Shown here: piece by piece, positions 9,910 through 22,163 of the stretch
Layout of the letters: every line of letters starts with the position of its first letter
Position numbering within the stretch: position 1 is the stretch's first letter
Assembly (NCBI RefSeq): GCF_000400465.1
Contig: NW_008806291.1
Span: 60,001-92,000 of the forward strand
DNA: 32,000 nucleotides
Origin: Wallemia ichthyophaga EXF-994
Taxonomy: Eukaryota > Fungi > Basidiomycota
Direction of reading: 5' to 3'
Made by a program: the position numbers and the translations under genes
The notes under the pieces: model-generated
Told to the model about the DNA's origin: nothing
What the model saw: the letters and a program-made list of their open reading frames with translations, nothing else
The model's database searches: none

Positions 9910-12162
9910 ATGTCTTTCTCAGATAAAGACAAAAACTGGGACGATGGCCTCGACGACGCTGAGGCTGAGATGGACGAAGACAGCGTGGGTGTATTCTTGT
10001 TCTTATCTCTTGTTCTTATCTCTTATTCTTATCTCGTGTTCTTATATCATCTCCCAGCAATCCACAAGAGATGCAAGCATATTCGTCGTCGACGTCGCCG
10101 GCGGGATGCTCGACTACCCGCCCAGTGAAATTCCCAGCGACAGAGTCGAAGAAGAACTCCCACTTCTCCACCGCACGCTCAACGCCATCTTGAAATGCCT
10201 CAAGAGGAAGGCATTCAACTCCCCGAATGATTTCGTTGGAATCGCCTTGTACAACACCCAGCACACACAATCTGACAAAGATGCCTCCGACGTGAGAGAG
10301 CATGTCTACTGCTTCCAGCCAATCGAGCAGCTCAACGGTAACAACATACGCAAGCTCAAGAAGCTTGTTGATAGTGCGTGGCGGTGTTCATTACAGCGTT
10401 TTTTAAACATTCCCCTCACAGGCGCCCACGACGATCCTGATCTCTTATCGCGCAAATTCAAACCAGCTACTTTCCAAGGCAGTCGCACTAGCATGCCTAT
10501 TGGGAACCTGTATATGAGCTGCAATCGATTCTTCAGAAACAAGTGCGTCTTATGTCGTCATCGGCTCACACTTATCAAAGTCACAGCCCCCACACAAAGT
10601 CAGCCACTAAGCGCATTTTTCACGTCACTTGCAATGACCAGCCTAACAAAGGCGCTCCTTCAGAATGGCTCACTGCGACACAAACAAACGCCAACGTGGG
10701 TGGATTGGTCGTAGCACTAGCACCTAACACACCTTCTAAATCCCTCACAGGACCTCAAAGAAGCTGGAATTTACATTGAGCCCTTCTTTATAGCTCCTCC
10801 TCAGCCCAACTTTGACACACCGACTTGTTTCGATGCCAGCTTCTTCTACACGCAAGTCCTCCCCAAGACAGATTCAGACTCATACTCCAATGAGAATCTC
10901 CCCAACTTCTCTATGGTCCAAGGACTGGCCAAGTTCAACACGCTCGAGGAAAAATTGAAGAAGCTGGAGACGCCAAAACGCACATCATTCACGCACAAGT
11001 TCGAACTGGGCGCGAATTTGACCATCTCCGTCAAAGGCTATCGCACCGTCGTTGACCAAAAGTACTTCCCTTATGTGTTAGTAGCGGAGAATAAACACGG
11101 CGAGCTCGAGCTGACTGAGAAAGAGACTCGACTGAAGAATAATCTCGATGAGTCAGTGGAGCGATCAGAAACAAATAGAGGGTTTATTATTGGCGACAAG
11201 AGCAGCAATCCGGTTGTGGTGGGTGATTTGTAAGAGAGGTTGTTTATTCGCCCCACTAACATAAACAAACACATCAACAGGTCACATGCGACACTAAGGC
11301 ATACAACAGTCTACGCTCGTTTGACCTCCCCGTAGGAATGAAGCTGCTCGGTTTCCAGGACTTGGATACTCTCTCAGTAATGCACAATGTGAGCAGCGCT
11401 AGCTTTATATACCCCACCGAAGATATAGTCAAAGGTAGCACGAAGCTCTTCTCAGCTCTGCTTAAATCATGTCTTAAGAAGAAGAAATTAGCACTAGTGA
11501 GGGCAGTGATGAGGAAGAATGCAGGACCTGTGATTTGCGCACTCATACCTCAGGAGGAAGTGGTAGATAACCAAGACGGATCTCAGATAATGCCCAATGG
11601 ATTCTACCTAATTCCTCTCCCATTTGCAGATGACTTGCGCAGCCCACCCGACGTCATCAACGCGAAAGCTACAGAAGATCAAATCGAAGCTAGCGCAGCA
11701 TGGCTTAAGAAGCTACGCAAGAAGTCCGGCTACGATGCCAACGAGTATGAGAACCCATATTTCAGACTGATGAGGAAGAATATCGAGTCACAGGCACTCG
11801 ATGAACCGATGGATGAGGATGATATAAAGAAGGATAAGACACTGCCACCTGTGGAGCAAATGGAGAAACGGGCAGGTAACCTCATTGATAACTGGAGAAG
11901 AACGTGGGATTTCAAGAAAGAGGAACCAGTCAGAGTAAAAGAGGAGGAGGAGGTTGGATCACAGAAACGCAAGAAGGACGATGTGACCGAGGTTGGGATG
12001 GATGACGGACCCTTTTTGGAGAAGATGCGTTCTAACCAACTCGAAAAGTGTAGATTGGATGAACTCAAGAGTTTCTGTAGAGCAAACCATCTCACAGTGC
12101 AGGGGAGGAAGGCAGAACTGATAATGCGCATCAAAGAGAAGCTTACGAGGAGTTACGGGTGA
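9910..12162 (+). CDS. KU70: Ku70 NHEJ DNA end-binding protein, multi-exon
   Basis: vWA start DASIFVVD, KRIFHVTCND, core KLLGFQD, ASFIYPTEDIVKGSTKLFSALL, GFYLIPLPFADDLR, NEYENP, C-terminal SAP domain. First intron 9985-10057; further GT-AG introns join the ORF pieces. Confidence 0.93.
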
Positions 12163-12234
12163 GTTAAATATACTACTAACTATGTTGTACAGTACGAGAT
12201 ATAAGAATACATGGCGTGTTCAAGGAGTGTTTGA

Positions 12235-12999
12235 TTAAACAGCATATGGCTTGTGAGCAAATGTTTTGTTCCAATTCTCCGTCTGTGCTTTGTTCTTGCT
12301 GATTTGCTCCTCAACATCTCTCTCGGCTTTCTCGGCACGCTCTTTGAGTTTAGGAATGTCGTCTTTGGTGTAGAGCGGGGCAGGCTTTTCGTACTGGGTG
12401 ATATGGTGTGGACTAAAGACCTCAGCCATGAGCTCGTGATTCAATCTGAATCTGGAAATAGCCAAGTCTCTATGAGAGAAGCTGTCAATCTGTTCATAGC
12501 TATCGTTGGACTCGACGAGAGAAGGTCTGTTGAGGCGTTTGAAAGCCTGCTGTCTTTGCGTGTATACGGCTTGTTGTTGGTGCTGCTGAGCCTGTGCTTG
12601 AGCCTGCTGTTGCTGTTGCTGCGCCTGCATCTGGGCGAAAGCCTTCTGACGTTGCTGCTGCTGTTGCTGTTGCTGGGCCTGCACTTGAGCTTGAAGTTGT
12701 GCGTGCTGCTGCTGTTGAGCTTGTTGTGCGTGGAGTGCGTGTGCGTGTGCAGCGTGTTGCTGTTGCTGTTGCTGTTGTTGTTGTTGCTGCTGCATTGCCA
12801 TAATGATCTGCTGCTGTGCCATCTGCTGTGGACTCATCTGCTGCTGCTGGGGCATAGCGTTTGGGGGTGCACCTGCAGCAGCCTGGGCCATCATCTGCTG
12901 GTACAGTGCTAGCTGCTGTGGATCAACCTGGTTTGAAATATTTTCTAGGTTGTGTCAGTGTGCGTCTGAACCTCTTTCCTCTTCCTCACGCTGGTTCAT
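12235..12999 (-). CDS. Glutamine-rich protein with an Ssr4-like (SWI/SNF-RSC subunit) C-terminal motif (intron 12945-12989)
   Basis: MNQ|QNISNQVDPQQLALYQQMM, then polyQ, then DSYEQIDSFSHRDLAISRFRLNHELMAEVFSP, resembling the Ssr4 C-terminal D-x-x-[TS]-x-R-[DE]-[IL]-x3-R-[YF]-x3-HE-x-M-x-E block (recalled). Confidence 0.6.
12583..12849 (-). repeat. Coding CAG/CAA polyglutamine tracts
   Basis: Interrupted (CTG/TTG)n runs on the plus strand encode several runs of 4-12 Gln. Confidence 0.9.
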
Positions 13000-13079
13000 A
13001 TCGTGGTCAAGAAACAAATAAGAAAACAAAGACAATTACAAAATAAATAATAAATACAAATTATAATTTTCATTTATTT

Positions 13080-14550
13080 TCAAATTAGCTCCTTTTCACG
13101 TACACCACTTGCCCCACTTGCTATCTTGTGCTTAATCTTGCTGCGATAAGCAACGAGGTACGCGGCGTAGAAAATCCCAGCGACGCCCAAACCTACTCAG
13201 CGCAGAAGCCATTTTACTCGAGGTGACTGACTCATTACTCCTCTTAAAAGGCAGCCTGCCAAACACACTCCCCCGCACTTCTGCAGATAATGTACGAAAC
13301 CGTTATAATCAACTGCAGCGTTTATCCCATTCTCCCCACCATCATACCATTACAACGCGGAATACGCTTCCCTGGCGTGAGCCTTGGTCATTAGGTACAT
13401 CTGCTCAGACACAGCGACATCCCAGGTCTCGGCTGGATATAACTGCAGATCAGCGTAACGCATTTGGAAAGCACCATCGAAGCACATCCCACCACTCACT
13501 CTGAGTTCTAGACGCGTACTGTGGTTGCGAGACACGTCTGGTAGTGGTATTATAACATTTAGTGGGTCTTTTATACCCGCAGACGTGCTAAATGACTGTG
13601 TGGTGTGCCAGTGGAGTTGTGAGTAAGCTGTCTTCACCTTACTTCTGCAACTGCCACTCGTCAGCCATGCAAAATCAAAAGTACTTTACCAAAGAACCCA
13701 CTGGGTACGATATTCCTCTTCCAATACTCAAATTTAACCCCTTTACACTCCACCCACAGCAGTATGGTTGTGGATTTGTCCATGGGATGCTGCTTGCTTT
13801 TCAACGTGATTCCAATGTGTGCTATCTCGTTAGCAAGTATTATGGCTTTCTTGAGCGATGGAAGGGCTTTGATTGGGTTTGCCTGGGGTGTTGGGGGATG
13901 AATTCATCAATTAGAACTCCCCGCGAGCTTGTGTAGTGTCAGCATCTGCAATTGCATAGGTGTCTCCAAGTACCTGAAAATCTTCTCCCATCCTATCAAA
14001 CCGACGGTGGTGATGATAAGGGACGTCGAGGCCACAGCAATATTAATACCGAGCTGACCCGCAAATGGGAGTATCTCGTCAAAGAAACTGCCAAGTGGTG
14101 TCCAGCTGCCCTGTCTGCCGTTGGCTGAAAGATTCTCATATAGCGCCCAAATACTAGACCAAGCTAAGGGGAAAATAGAGATGGGTAAGCTGCAATGGAA
14201 GTCTTGAATAGGCATTAATAGAATTAACTAGATCAGTGTTACGAATGGCGTTGCCAAGGAGAGTGAAAAAAGGATAAAAATTTCGGCAAAGTTTGTTTGA
14301 CCAGTTGCTGAGTGGACTTGGCGCAGATGACTGAGTGCTGTCCCATAGCTAAAAACAAAGCTTGAGGTAGCAATAAGCGGGTGTTTATGGACAAAGTGAT
14401 AATTATGTTAGACAGGAGTAGGATAATGGCTATGTTTAGCAGTGGACCCAATGAGAATATAGATTTTAGGCCTGTGCTGCCAATAAGAAAGTATTATGGT
14501 GTATAGATAGACTTTGTAGGCATATGTTTCAAGTTGTGTAAATCCATGTT
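13080..14550. other. Probable multi-exon gene; strand and product unresolved
   Basis: 1.5 kb gap in a compact genome. The minus strand has hydrophobic ORF pieces, GCTGAC/GCTAAC branch-plus-AG motifs and a TM-like end (LGVAGIFYAAYLVAYRSKIK, stop 13080-13082). The plus strand also has splice-like signals. No consistent model could be built. Confidence 0.35.
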
Positions 14551-14677
14551 GATGGTTCTTAGATAGGAATTTGCGTTTAAATTACATTTTAAACGATTCA
14601 ATAAAACTGATAGACCATATTTAGGAAATATATTCCACCGCCCATCCTCCCTTATCTCCAAACGATCGTCATCGAAT

Positions 14678-16600
14678 ATGCGGGAACACGGCGACGACGC
14701 AGAGGATACACAGACACCATTCATCGACAGCAGCTACAACGGCGATAACAGTGATAACACTGCTTCCACTGATACAGGCACTAATAGCAGTACACCGTTC
14801 GTGTATGCCAAATGGCCACAGCCAGAGCCCTTAATGAAGAAACTACATCGTATTCTATCTGATCATTTGAAGTTTGTTGGGGCTGGAATCATTGCAGCCG
14901 TCAGCTACATTGATCCAGGCAACTGGAGTGTCGATTTCGTAAGCAGCAGCAGCGCAAATAGCAACACAATCTAACCACAATCAAGGCTGCTGGCTCCCTT
15001 TACGGATACAGCTTACTCGGTGTCGTTCTCCTTGCAAGTCTGGGCGCCATGTTCTACCAGATACTGGCATGCAGACTCGGTGTCGTCACTGGAATGGACT
15101 TGGCCCAGCATATACGCCTACAGCTACACGACAGACACCCAAGGCCCGTTCTATGGCGGTGGCTTGCTCTATATCCCCTTTACGTCCTCACTGAACTCTC
15201 TCTCATCGCAACTGACTTGAGCGAGCTGCTTGGGTCTGCTATAGCCCTCAATCTGTCAGTTGTTGGCCACGCACAGCGAATACTCTATCTAACACTCCCT
15301 CAGCATATTCCCTTTTATGCCTCTCTGGGTTGGCGTCTGTCTCACTGCACTCGACGTACTCGTCATTCTCGCCATGTACAACCCAACTGGCAGCTCACGA
15401 AGCATGCACATCTTCGAAGCCATCATCGCTGTCTTGACCCTCACCGTTTTCGCCTCTTTCGCCGTCCTCGTTGGTAAAGTCCACCCTGAATGGTCTCAAG
15501 TTCTGCGCGGTTTCCTCCCCAGCAAGCTCGCGTTTGAACCTGGTGCGACCTACATCAGTATTGGGATTATAGGTGCAACGGTTATGCCTCACAGTCTTCT
15601 CCTAGGCTCTAATATTGCTACAGCTGAGAGATTACACCCGAAGCGGTCGCCAGCATCTAGCATAAGGGAGAGCAGTGACGAAGACAGGTTCTCACTCAGC
15701 AGCATAGAAGACACTCAAACACCCCTAGAATACGTTTCTAAAGCTATGAAACAAGACCCTGATTACGAGCCATCCCCGCGCATCGGCGACGCAGACGTTT
15801 ATGATGGAGGTCCTGGTCGACTACCATCCATCCTAAAACACCTCACACATGGCAGTTGGGATATAGCACTCTCGCTTATCACCATCGCCGTACCTGTGAA
15901 TGCAGGTATTCTCATCGTCGCCTCGGCAACCTTCTTCAATAACCCTGATAGAAGTGGTAATGGCGTTGCAGATCTTTTCGACGCTCACAATCTCATTATG
16001 ACTTATGTCGGTAAACCATTCGCTTTCATCTTTGCTTTCGCTCTGCTGTGCGCTGGTCAATCTGCATCTATCACTGCAACTCAAGCTAGTCAGGTTGTTA
16101 GTGAGGGCTTCATCAAATGGAGAAGTCCACCAATACTCCGTCGCCTAATAACCAGACTAATGGGTATTATACCCTCTCTCATTATAGCCGTTGGAGCTGG
16201 CAGAAGCGGGATTGATCAGCTCCTCAATTCTTCCCAGGTCGTTCTCTCAGTTATGTTACCATTCGCTATAGGACCTTTGATATATCTCTGCGGAAGGAAG
16301 GATGTAATGAGAGTCTGGAATCCTACAGATGAAGGACAGTCTACTTCAACAACTAATCTACTTGATGCGTCGAGATTGGGTCCTTCTCATTCTCATCGTA
16401 GAACGCAATCTCAGTCTTTGGATGTCGATGGATATCAACAATTTCAGCTCTCTGATCAGCTTCAACTGAACTCAATTGGTCAGTGGGTTGATTTGCGTCC
16501 TCCACGGTATATAATGATCACCTCTTGGATAATTTTCGCAGCTCTTTGTGCGGCTAATGGTTTCATAGTCGTACAATTCTGCCGGGGTAAAGAAATATAA
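14678..16600 (+). CDS. NRAMP divalent metal (Mn/Fe) transporter, Smf1/Smf2-like; two introns
   Basis: SYIDPGNW, GVVTGMDLAQ, ATDLSELLGSAIAL, IIGATVMPH, CAGQSASITAT, SQVVLS. Introns near 14939-14985 and 15256-15302 keep the frame. Confidence 0.95.
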
Positions 16601-16743
16601 GGCATCAACCATCATAGAACGAGTATTGTCATAATACATTATACACGCACATTAGACGCACGCTAACAAATCATTTCTATATATGCTTCGATTCATGTGC
16701 ATAGTATCATACAGAACAATCAAGTCAATCATCACGCACATAC

Positions 16744-17690
16744 TTATTGAGAAGCTTGAGCACGACGGCGACGCAAGTCACGTTCCTCAGTGATGGTGAG
16801 CTTAACACCACCACCCTTTGGAAGTGAAACCCAAGACTTTTGTTGGCCAATAACGAAAACGTTAGTCAAACGAGTAGCGAATTGACGGTCAACTGGATCT
16901 CTCAAGTGGACAATGTCGTAACCACCCAAGTGACGCTCACGGCCAATGATGGCACCGATACGACCTTGGTTACGACCACCGGTAGCCATAGCAACGTGAC
17001 CAGTGTCAAACTTGACAAAGTCGACAATCTTGTTGTTGATAAGATCAAACTTGACAGTGTCGTTGACCTTGATCAATGGGTCTGGGTAACGGATGGTACG
17101 GCCGTCGTGGGAGACAATGTAAGGAACACCACGAGCACCGATGGCAACCTTCTTAACCTTGAGGAGCTTGAATTGAGCCTCCTCATCGGTGATACGGTGA
17201 ACAGTGAAACGACCCTTAGTGTCGTAAAGGATACGGAAGTGTTCGCCGGATGCTTCAACGGAGATGACATCTTTATGCGTGTTAGAGTGAAGATTTTCGG
17301 TACATAAGAAAATTCTCACCTTGGAAACCAGTTGGGTAGGTTCTGTCAGTACGAGCCTTGTTGTCGATCTTGATCAAACGTTGTTGGAGAATGGCCTGGA
17401 CCTCATCGCTAGAAAGAGCGTACTTCAGACGGTTTCTGAGCAAAATGGTCAAAGGCAACGATTCACGGAGCTTGTGTGGACCTGGGGATGGGCGAGAAGC
17501 CTATAAGGGTTAGCAAACCTCCTGTCAGCTTCAACGAGCTCTGTGTGCTGAATTGCAACCCACGTAAGTGCCCGAGAGCTTGTCTAACATCCATGAGGAT
17601 GGAGCTGCAAGACGCTTGAGGTGCTTCTTTGGACCACGTGGCTGTGTCGTTGTTAGCTGGCTGTTGTTTAATTTTTCCTCCTCTCACCAT
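16744..17690 (-). CDS. RPS4: 40S ribosomal protein S4 (eS4); three introns, first coding exon is the ATG alone
   Basis: M|[39 protein letters not shown]|[34 protein letters not shown]. Confidence 0.98.
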
Positions 17691-17772
17691 TCTGACGGTT
17701 GCTGAGAAACCTGAGAAGCTCCGTCTCTCACCTTAAATTTGAATTTGCGAAAATTTCAAAAAATTGAAAATT

Positions 17773-19087
17773 ATGAATTATTTTAGAATTTCACTTGCAG
17801 GTGCTTCTAGGAGAGGCTTCTCAAGCACTGCACGCAATCTCAATATCCCAGAGTCTCCGTTTAGCAGATTCGTCAATGTCCTCAGAGAAGAGCTACGTAA
17901 GAACGCTGAATTCCAGGAGAATTATAAGCAGCTTTCTGGTGAGGCTGGCAAGGTGCAGGACTCGGAAGCTATGCAGAAGGCTAGAGACGCGTACCAGCGA
18001 GCAACTATCACGAATTTGATGAAGAACAACCCAAGGCTCAAGGCTGCAACCGATAACCTTAGAATGAACGGTGGAAAGGTTTCTGAGGGCGTTGGTGAGG
18101 CTCTCAAAGGTATCGAAAATACCGAGGCTTTCAGGGCCCTCCTCAGAGCCACAAATGCTGCTTCAACTGCTGTCACTTCCGCCACTGCTCCAATTAGAGA
18201 CACTGAAGCTTACAAATCCTTCGCTGAAACTATCTCAGATGCTCTCGATGATACCAGTAGAGGTGGTTACGAAGACCGTGAAGCTAGAAGAATACGCAGA
18301 CAGAGACGTCTAGCTAAGGCAGGCAAAGACGGTATCGCCAAGAAGAGAGTAAAAAAGAATGAGGAAGCGGGTGAGTCTGTTGTCCTCCACGAGAACGCAA
18401 ATGCCCCTTCAAAGTGGCAGGAGTACAAAGACAACTCCTCATTTTTCCAGCGTGTAGCAGATATGTGAGTTTGATTCAACACACACAAACAACCCTTACA
18501 CTCTATATAGGCGTGAACAATACCACGAATCAGAATCACCAACTGTCTTAGCAATGAGATCTGTCACTGACAGGATTGGTGGTTTGTTCGAGGAGAACGA
18601 AACCGCACGCGTGACAAGAGCTTTCAAGGCTCTCGACCCTGGCTTCACTCAAGACAGTTTCCTCGTCGAGCTGCGTGAATACATCGTCCCAGAAGTTGTT
18701 GATGCCTACCTCAACGCCGACAAGGATGCTCTTAGAAGATGGTGCGGAGAGGCGACTTACAATGTCCTCTGGGCTAGCATGGAAGTATACCTCAGCAAAG
18801 GTCTTATATCTGACAGTAAAGTTGTCGATATTCGTGCAGTTGAAATTACCAAAGGTCAGATGTTGGAAAATGATGTACCCGTCTGGTTGGTTATCTTCCA
18901 CACTCAAGAAATTCTCATGTTTAGAGACGCAAAATCGGGCGAAGTCGCCGTTGGTACTGAAGACGGTGTTGAACAAGTTGCATATGTCGGTGTATTCACC
19001 CGTGTTGAAGATGAATTGGAGGATGAGTTGACCGGTGGTTGGAAAGTCATCGAAATGGCAAGAAGAGGACAGAAAGCTTACATTTAG
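17773..19087 (+). CDS. TIM44: Mitochondrial import translocase subunit Tim44 (intron about 18466-18510)
   Basis: Arg-rich presequence (RRGFSSTAR), SPFSRFVNVLREELRK, FEENETARV, LREYIVPEVVDAYL, WKVIEMARRG. Confidence 0.95.
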
Positions 19088-19699
19088 ATTGCTACTTTGG
19101 ATTGCACATAAACATTCACTCCCTACTCAGACGCAGACATACACATCCACCCAGTACTCCACTACTCAAAAAAGTCATTTTCATTATGCATGATACTATA
19201 TCAATTGACAACTTGTAATTGAGCGCTTGTAATGCTGTGCTGTAGTGATTCTATACTGCTGTGCTTCTGTCTCTATGACGCCTTATAGTAACGTAAAAAT
19301 ACAGACAACGGGAATATTTCTGCAAATCATAATTCAAATTTGATAGTGATAGTGCTACGCTAATAAAAGCAATTTGTAATCCGTTCAATTGGTGAATGAC
19401 CTCATAATGAGTTTGCAATATATTAGAGGAGTTTCAATGAAATTTGGTATTCTAGAAAGGTTTGAACAGTTACATTCATTTGCCTGAAATGCAATTGCTC
19501 AGATTGCCCTATAAATGGCAAACTTCATTGCAAAGATGAATGCAGCCAACTCATATAGTAATATTTTGAACAATTTAGTGATACTAACACTTTACTAGCA
19601 CCTCTAGCACGCCAAAAATACCCCCTTTTCAGTCATCCGCTCAATAATCATCGAGTTGTATTTCTCGACTACCACCTATCATGTGAAATGGCTGATTTG

Positions 19700-21430
19700 C
19701 GTATTTTGATGATCTCCAAAAAAAAATAAGCATAAAGATAGCTTTGAATGAGCTCTACAAGTATTCGCCAGAATTATATTCCTGAGTCTCCAATCGCGCC
19801 CTATAGGCTGTTCGGAAGTTGCAATCCGACATCGCTCTGTAGCAGGCTATGGGATATATAGGGAAGATTTGAAGCTCTTCATCGAAAAAATCAATTATCT
19901 CTAGCTGAGGTAGACCACGAAAACCCAAATATACAAGTATTCGGTTCTTTAAACGCGTTTTACACTTTTCGGTAATCAGTGTCCAAAGAATCCAAAATGT
20001 GGCTCCAGGGAATAATTGTTGACATTCAGGATCATTACAAGCCTATTATATGCAGCTCACGCGAAGAAAAGCGGGGGAATTGGAATAACCGAGTACATTT
20101 CGAGATTTTAAAATTGGTGGTGTAAAGACATTTAAGGCAGCCTTGAAATCAAAGAAAGCAGGTTAGCATGAAGATGCATTTTCATATCTAAAATCCCTCT
20201 CCTTGCGACACAACACACGTAACTAGACAAGTACAGGGCATTAAACAACGCTGATAACGATAAATCTATTTCCTGGTTAATTGCCAAATCAATCGCTACA
20301 GAATGACACCAAAGTGTGCAAATTGGCAGTAATCACAGTGCTACAACGAATACGTAATTGAGCATGACATTCTCGGTTTGGAGATGACATGCTTTACTTT
20401 TTGACTTGGTGATAGTTAGAGGTAATCCAGCTAGGAAAAAGTACTTAGGTGCATGTATTTGGCTTGATTGTTGAATCGACTGTTGGGTTTTGCGAGTAAT
20501 TGACCGCATTTGATCTTTTACTGCTCTGTGACGATCAACTGTAATGTTGTAAAGTGAGATAGATGAGTAGTAATGAGGGATATAGACCTTCAATGCATTT
20601 GTCCATGTATTACTACTTACATTGTTAAACTTCAAACCTTCTCAACCTGTCTTAAAGCCGCTCCAGCCTTTACACTTACTCGCCTTAGGTTAAATAGCCC
20701 ATTGAACAGTCCCGCTTAGGAGAAATAAAATATCCACGCGAAGTGATCGTTCTAAATAATAGGCTCTTCAGATGACGCAGTGATTTGGAGATAGGCTTCC
20801 CGAAGCAAATAAAGCACACCTCTACCTACTCCAAACAACATGCCGTTGTTTAGATACATCTGTCACGCTTATGCCCGCCCTAAAGTTGACGTCCGAATTG
20901 GTGACATTCGCTATCTCAGTTGCATATGATATATTAAAGCCTATTCGATTTAAATGTAACATGCATATGGGCATTATGTGTTCGATTGGGCAGGCTGTTT
21001 GTGAGGTGCCATCTGCACAGACTCTTCACGTCATTATTTCCGATAGCGAGGCGAGGAAGATGTTTAGTCGAGCAATTATTATTAGATAGAGCAGGTAACT
21101 CACTAGGCATCCGTTATTAGAACTCGTTAGTTAGGTTGGTATTGCATACTAGTGGCATCCAACACCTCACGTTAAGTCAAAGCACTAAACTTAATACAAC
21201 TAAACATCATAATCCTGACTTACCTTCGTGAGTGAGAAGGTTCTCAGGTACAATCTTATCTTTTCAATAGTTCCGGACCTCACAAAAATTCCGAAGCAAT
21301 CGTCAGGATGCGCTAATAGTGCCTAATCAGTAACACCAAGCTTTCCTGCCTCATCAAGGCTTTACTACAAAGCAGATTCAATATAGACTTTCGCCTTTTC
21401 ATTTCAAGCACAGGGGTTTCTCCTTTCTTG
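19700..21430 (-). other. Possible cryptic multi-exon gene in an AT-rich region
   Basis: Frame-preserving junctions ...VMLNY|EIDLSLSALFNALYLSSY|AALNV (introns 20273-20353 and 20142-20218, the latter with GCTAAC); GTAAGT donors at 21223 and 20620. A full model could not be assembled. Confidence 0.3.
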
Positions 21431-21555
21431 TCTGACATCAAAAAGTTCCCTGCTCGCTTAATTAAAGTAGTAAATCATTCAGTGTGGGGTAACTGCTTAT
21501 ATTGCCCAAGGAGTGCTAGTTTCATCCTTTACCTTCAACGCGAACCTCAGACATA

Positions 21556-21984
21556 ATGAACAAAATTCTTTTACTCTCAGCTGCCTTGGCAGGTGCTGTA
21601 GTCAATGCTGCAGTCTTTCCACAAGAAGCTACTACTGAAAGCCAAATATCATCTACTCATGACAGAAGAGACTATGGACCACCAGGCGTGGGCTACTATC
21701 GCTTCTGCAAAGACAAATACTGCACTTTAGACTGCTCAATAAACTTCAGAACGACAGACACAGGCTGTATCAACGGAGGTGATTTCCAATCGATGCAAGT
21801 ACACGGTGGTCTTGACCCTCTAACACATTTAACACTCGTTACCACTCCACACGATAGCTGTAGCTGTCAAGATGCATGCTGGCACGCTACTGGTCCTGAA
21901 TGTATAGAGCTCCCAGACGACATTAAGAACAAAGGATCTTACCGTATGGTTGGTCAAGATAATTGTTCAAGCAACAACTGCTAG
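21556..21984 (+). CDS. Small secreted cysteine-rich protein (142 aa, 10 Cys, Kex2-type pro-site)
   Basis: Signal peptide MNKILLLSAALAGAVVNA, short pro-region ending HDRR|D, 10 Cys in the mature part, ends CSSNNC; intronless. Confidence 0.85.
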   Translation: MNKILLLSAALAGAVVNAAVFPQEATTESQISSTHDRRDYGPPGVGYYRFCKDKYCTLDCSINFRTTDTGCINGGDFQSMQVHGGLDPLTHLTLVTTPHDSCSCQDACWHATGPECIELPDDIKNKGSYRMVGQDNCSSNNC

Positions 21985-22163
21985 ATTTACAGTCAGAGTG
22001 CTTGTTTCGGGATGAAACATGTTTAGGATGTAATGGAATTATATACATAAATAACTCTGTTCCAATTTTAATTTCATTTTCATTCTCATTATAAAGAATC
22101 ACAACAACAAACGTCGTGAAAGCGTTAAACATTACTTAATTCAACCTTAGTGAGCAACAAATA

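Noticed and set aside
10000-10050. TCTTAT-type repeats in KU70 intron 1
   Set aside because: Short degenerate microsatellite in a polypyrimidine tract.
12253-12912. 219-aa Leu-rich plus-strand ORF
   Set aside because: Antisense reading of the CAG/CAA polyQ codons.
13350-14496. Single TAA codons between in-frame ORF pieces (13350, 14494), suggesting readthrough or a variant code
   Set aside because: All confident genes here use TAA as stop; unresolved introns are the simpler explanation.
14678-16600. NRAMP as part of the siderophore cluster
   Set aside because: More than 12 kb from the NRPS with KU70 and other unrelated genes between; only scattered GATA-like sites.
16840-17307. 155-aa plus-strand ORF
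   Set aside because: Antisense shadow of RPS4.
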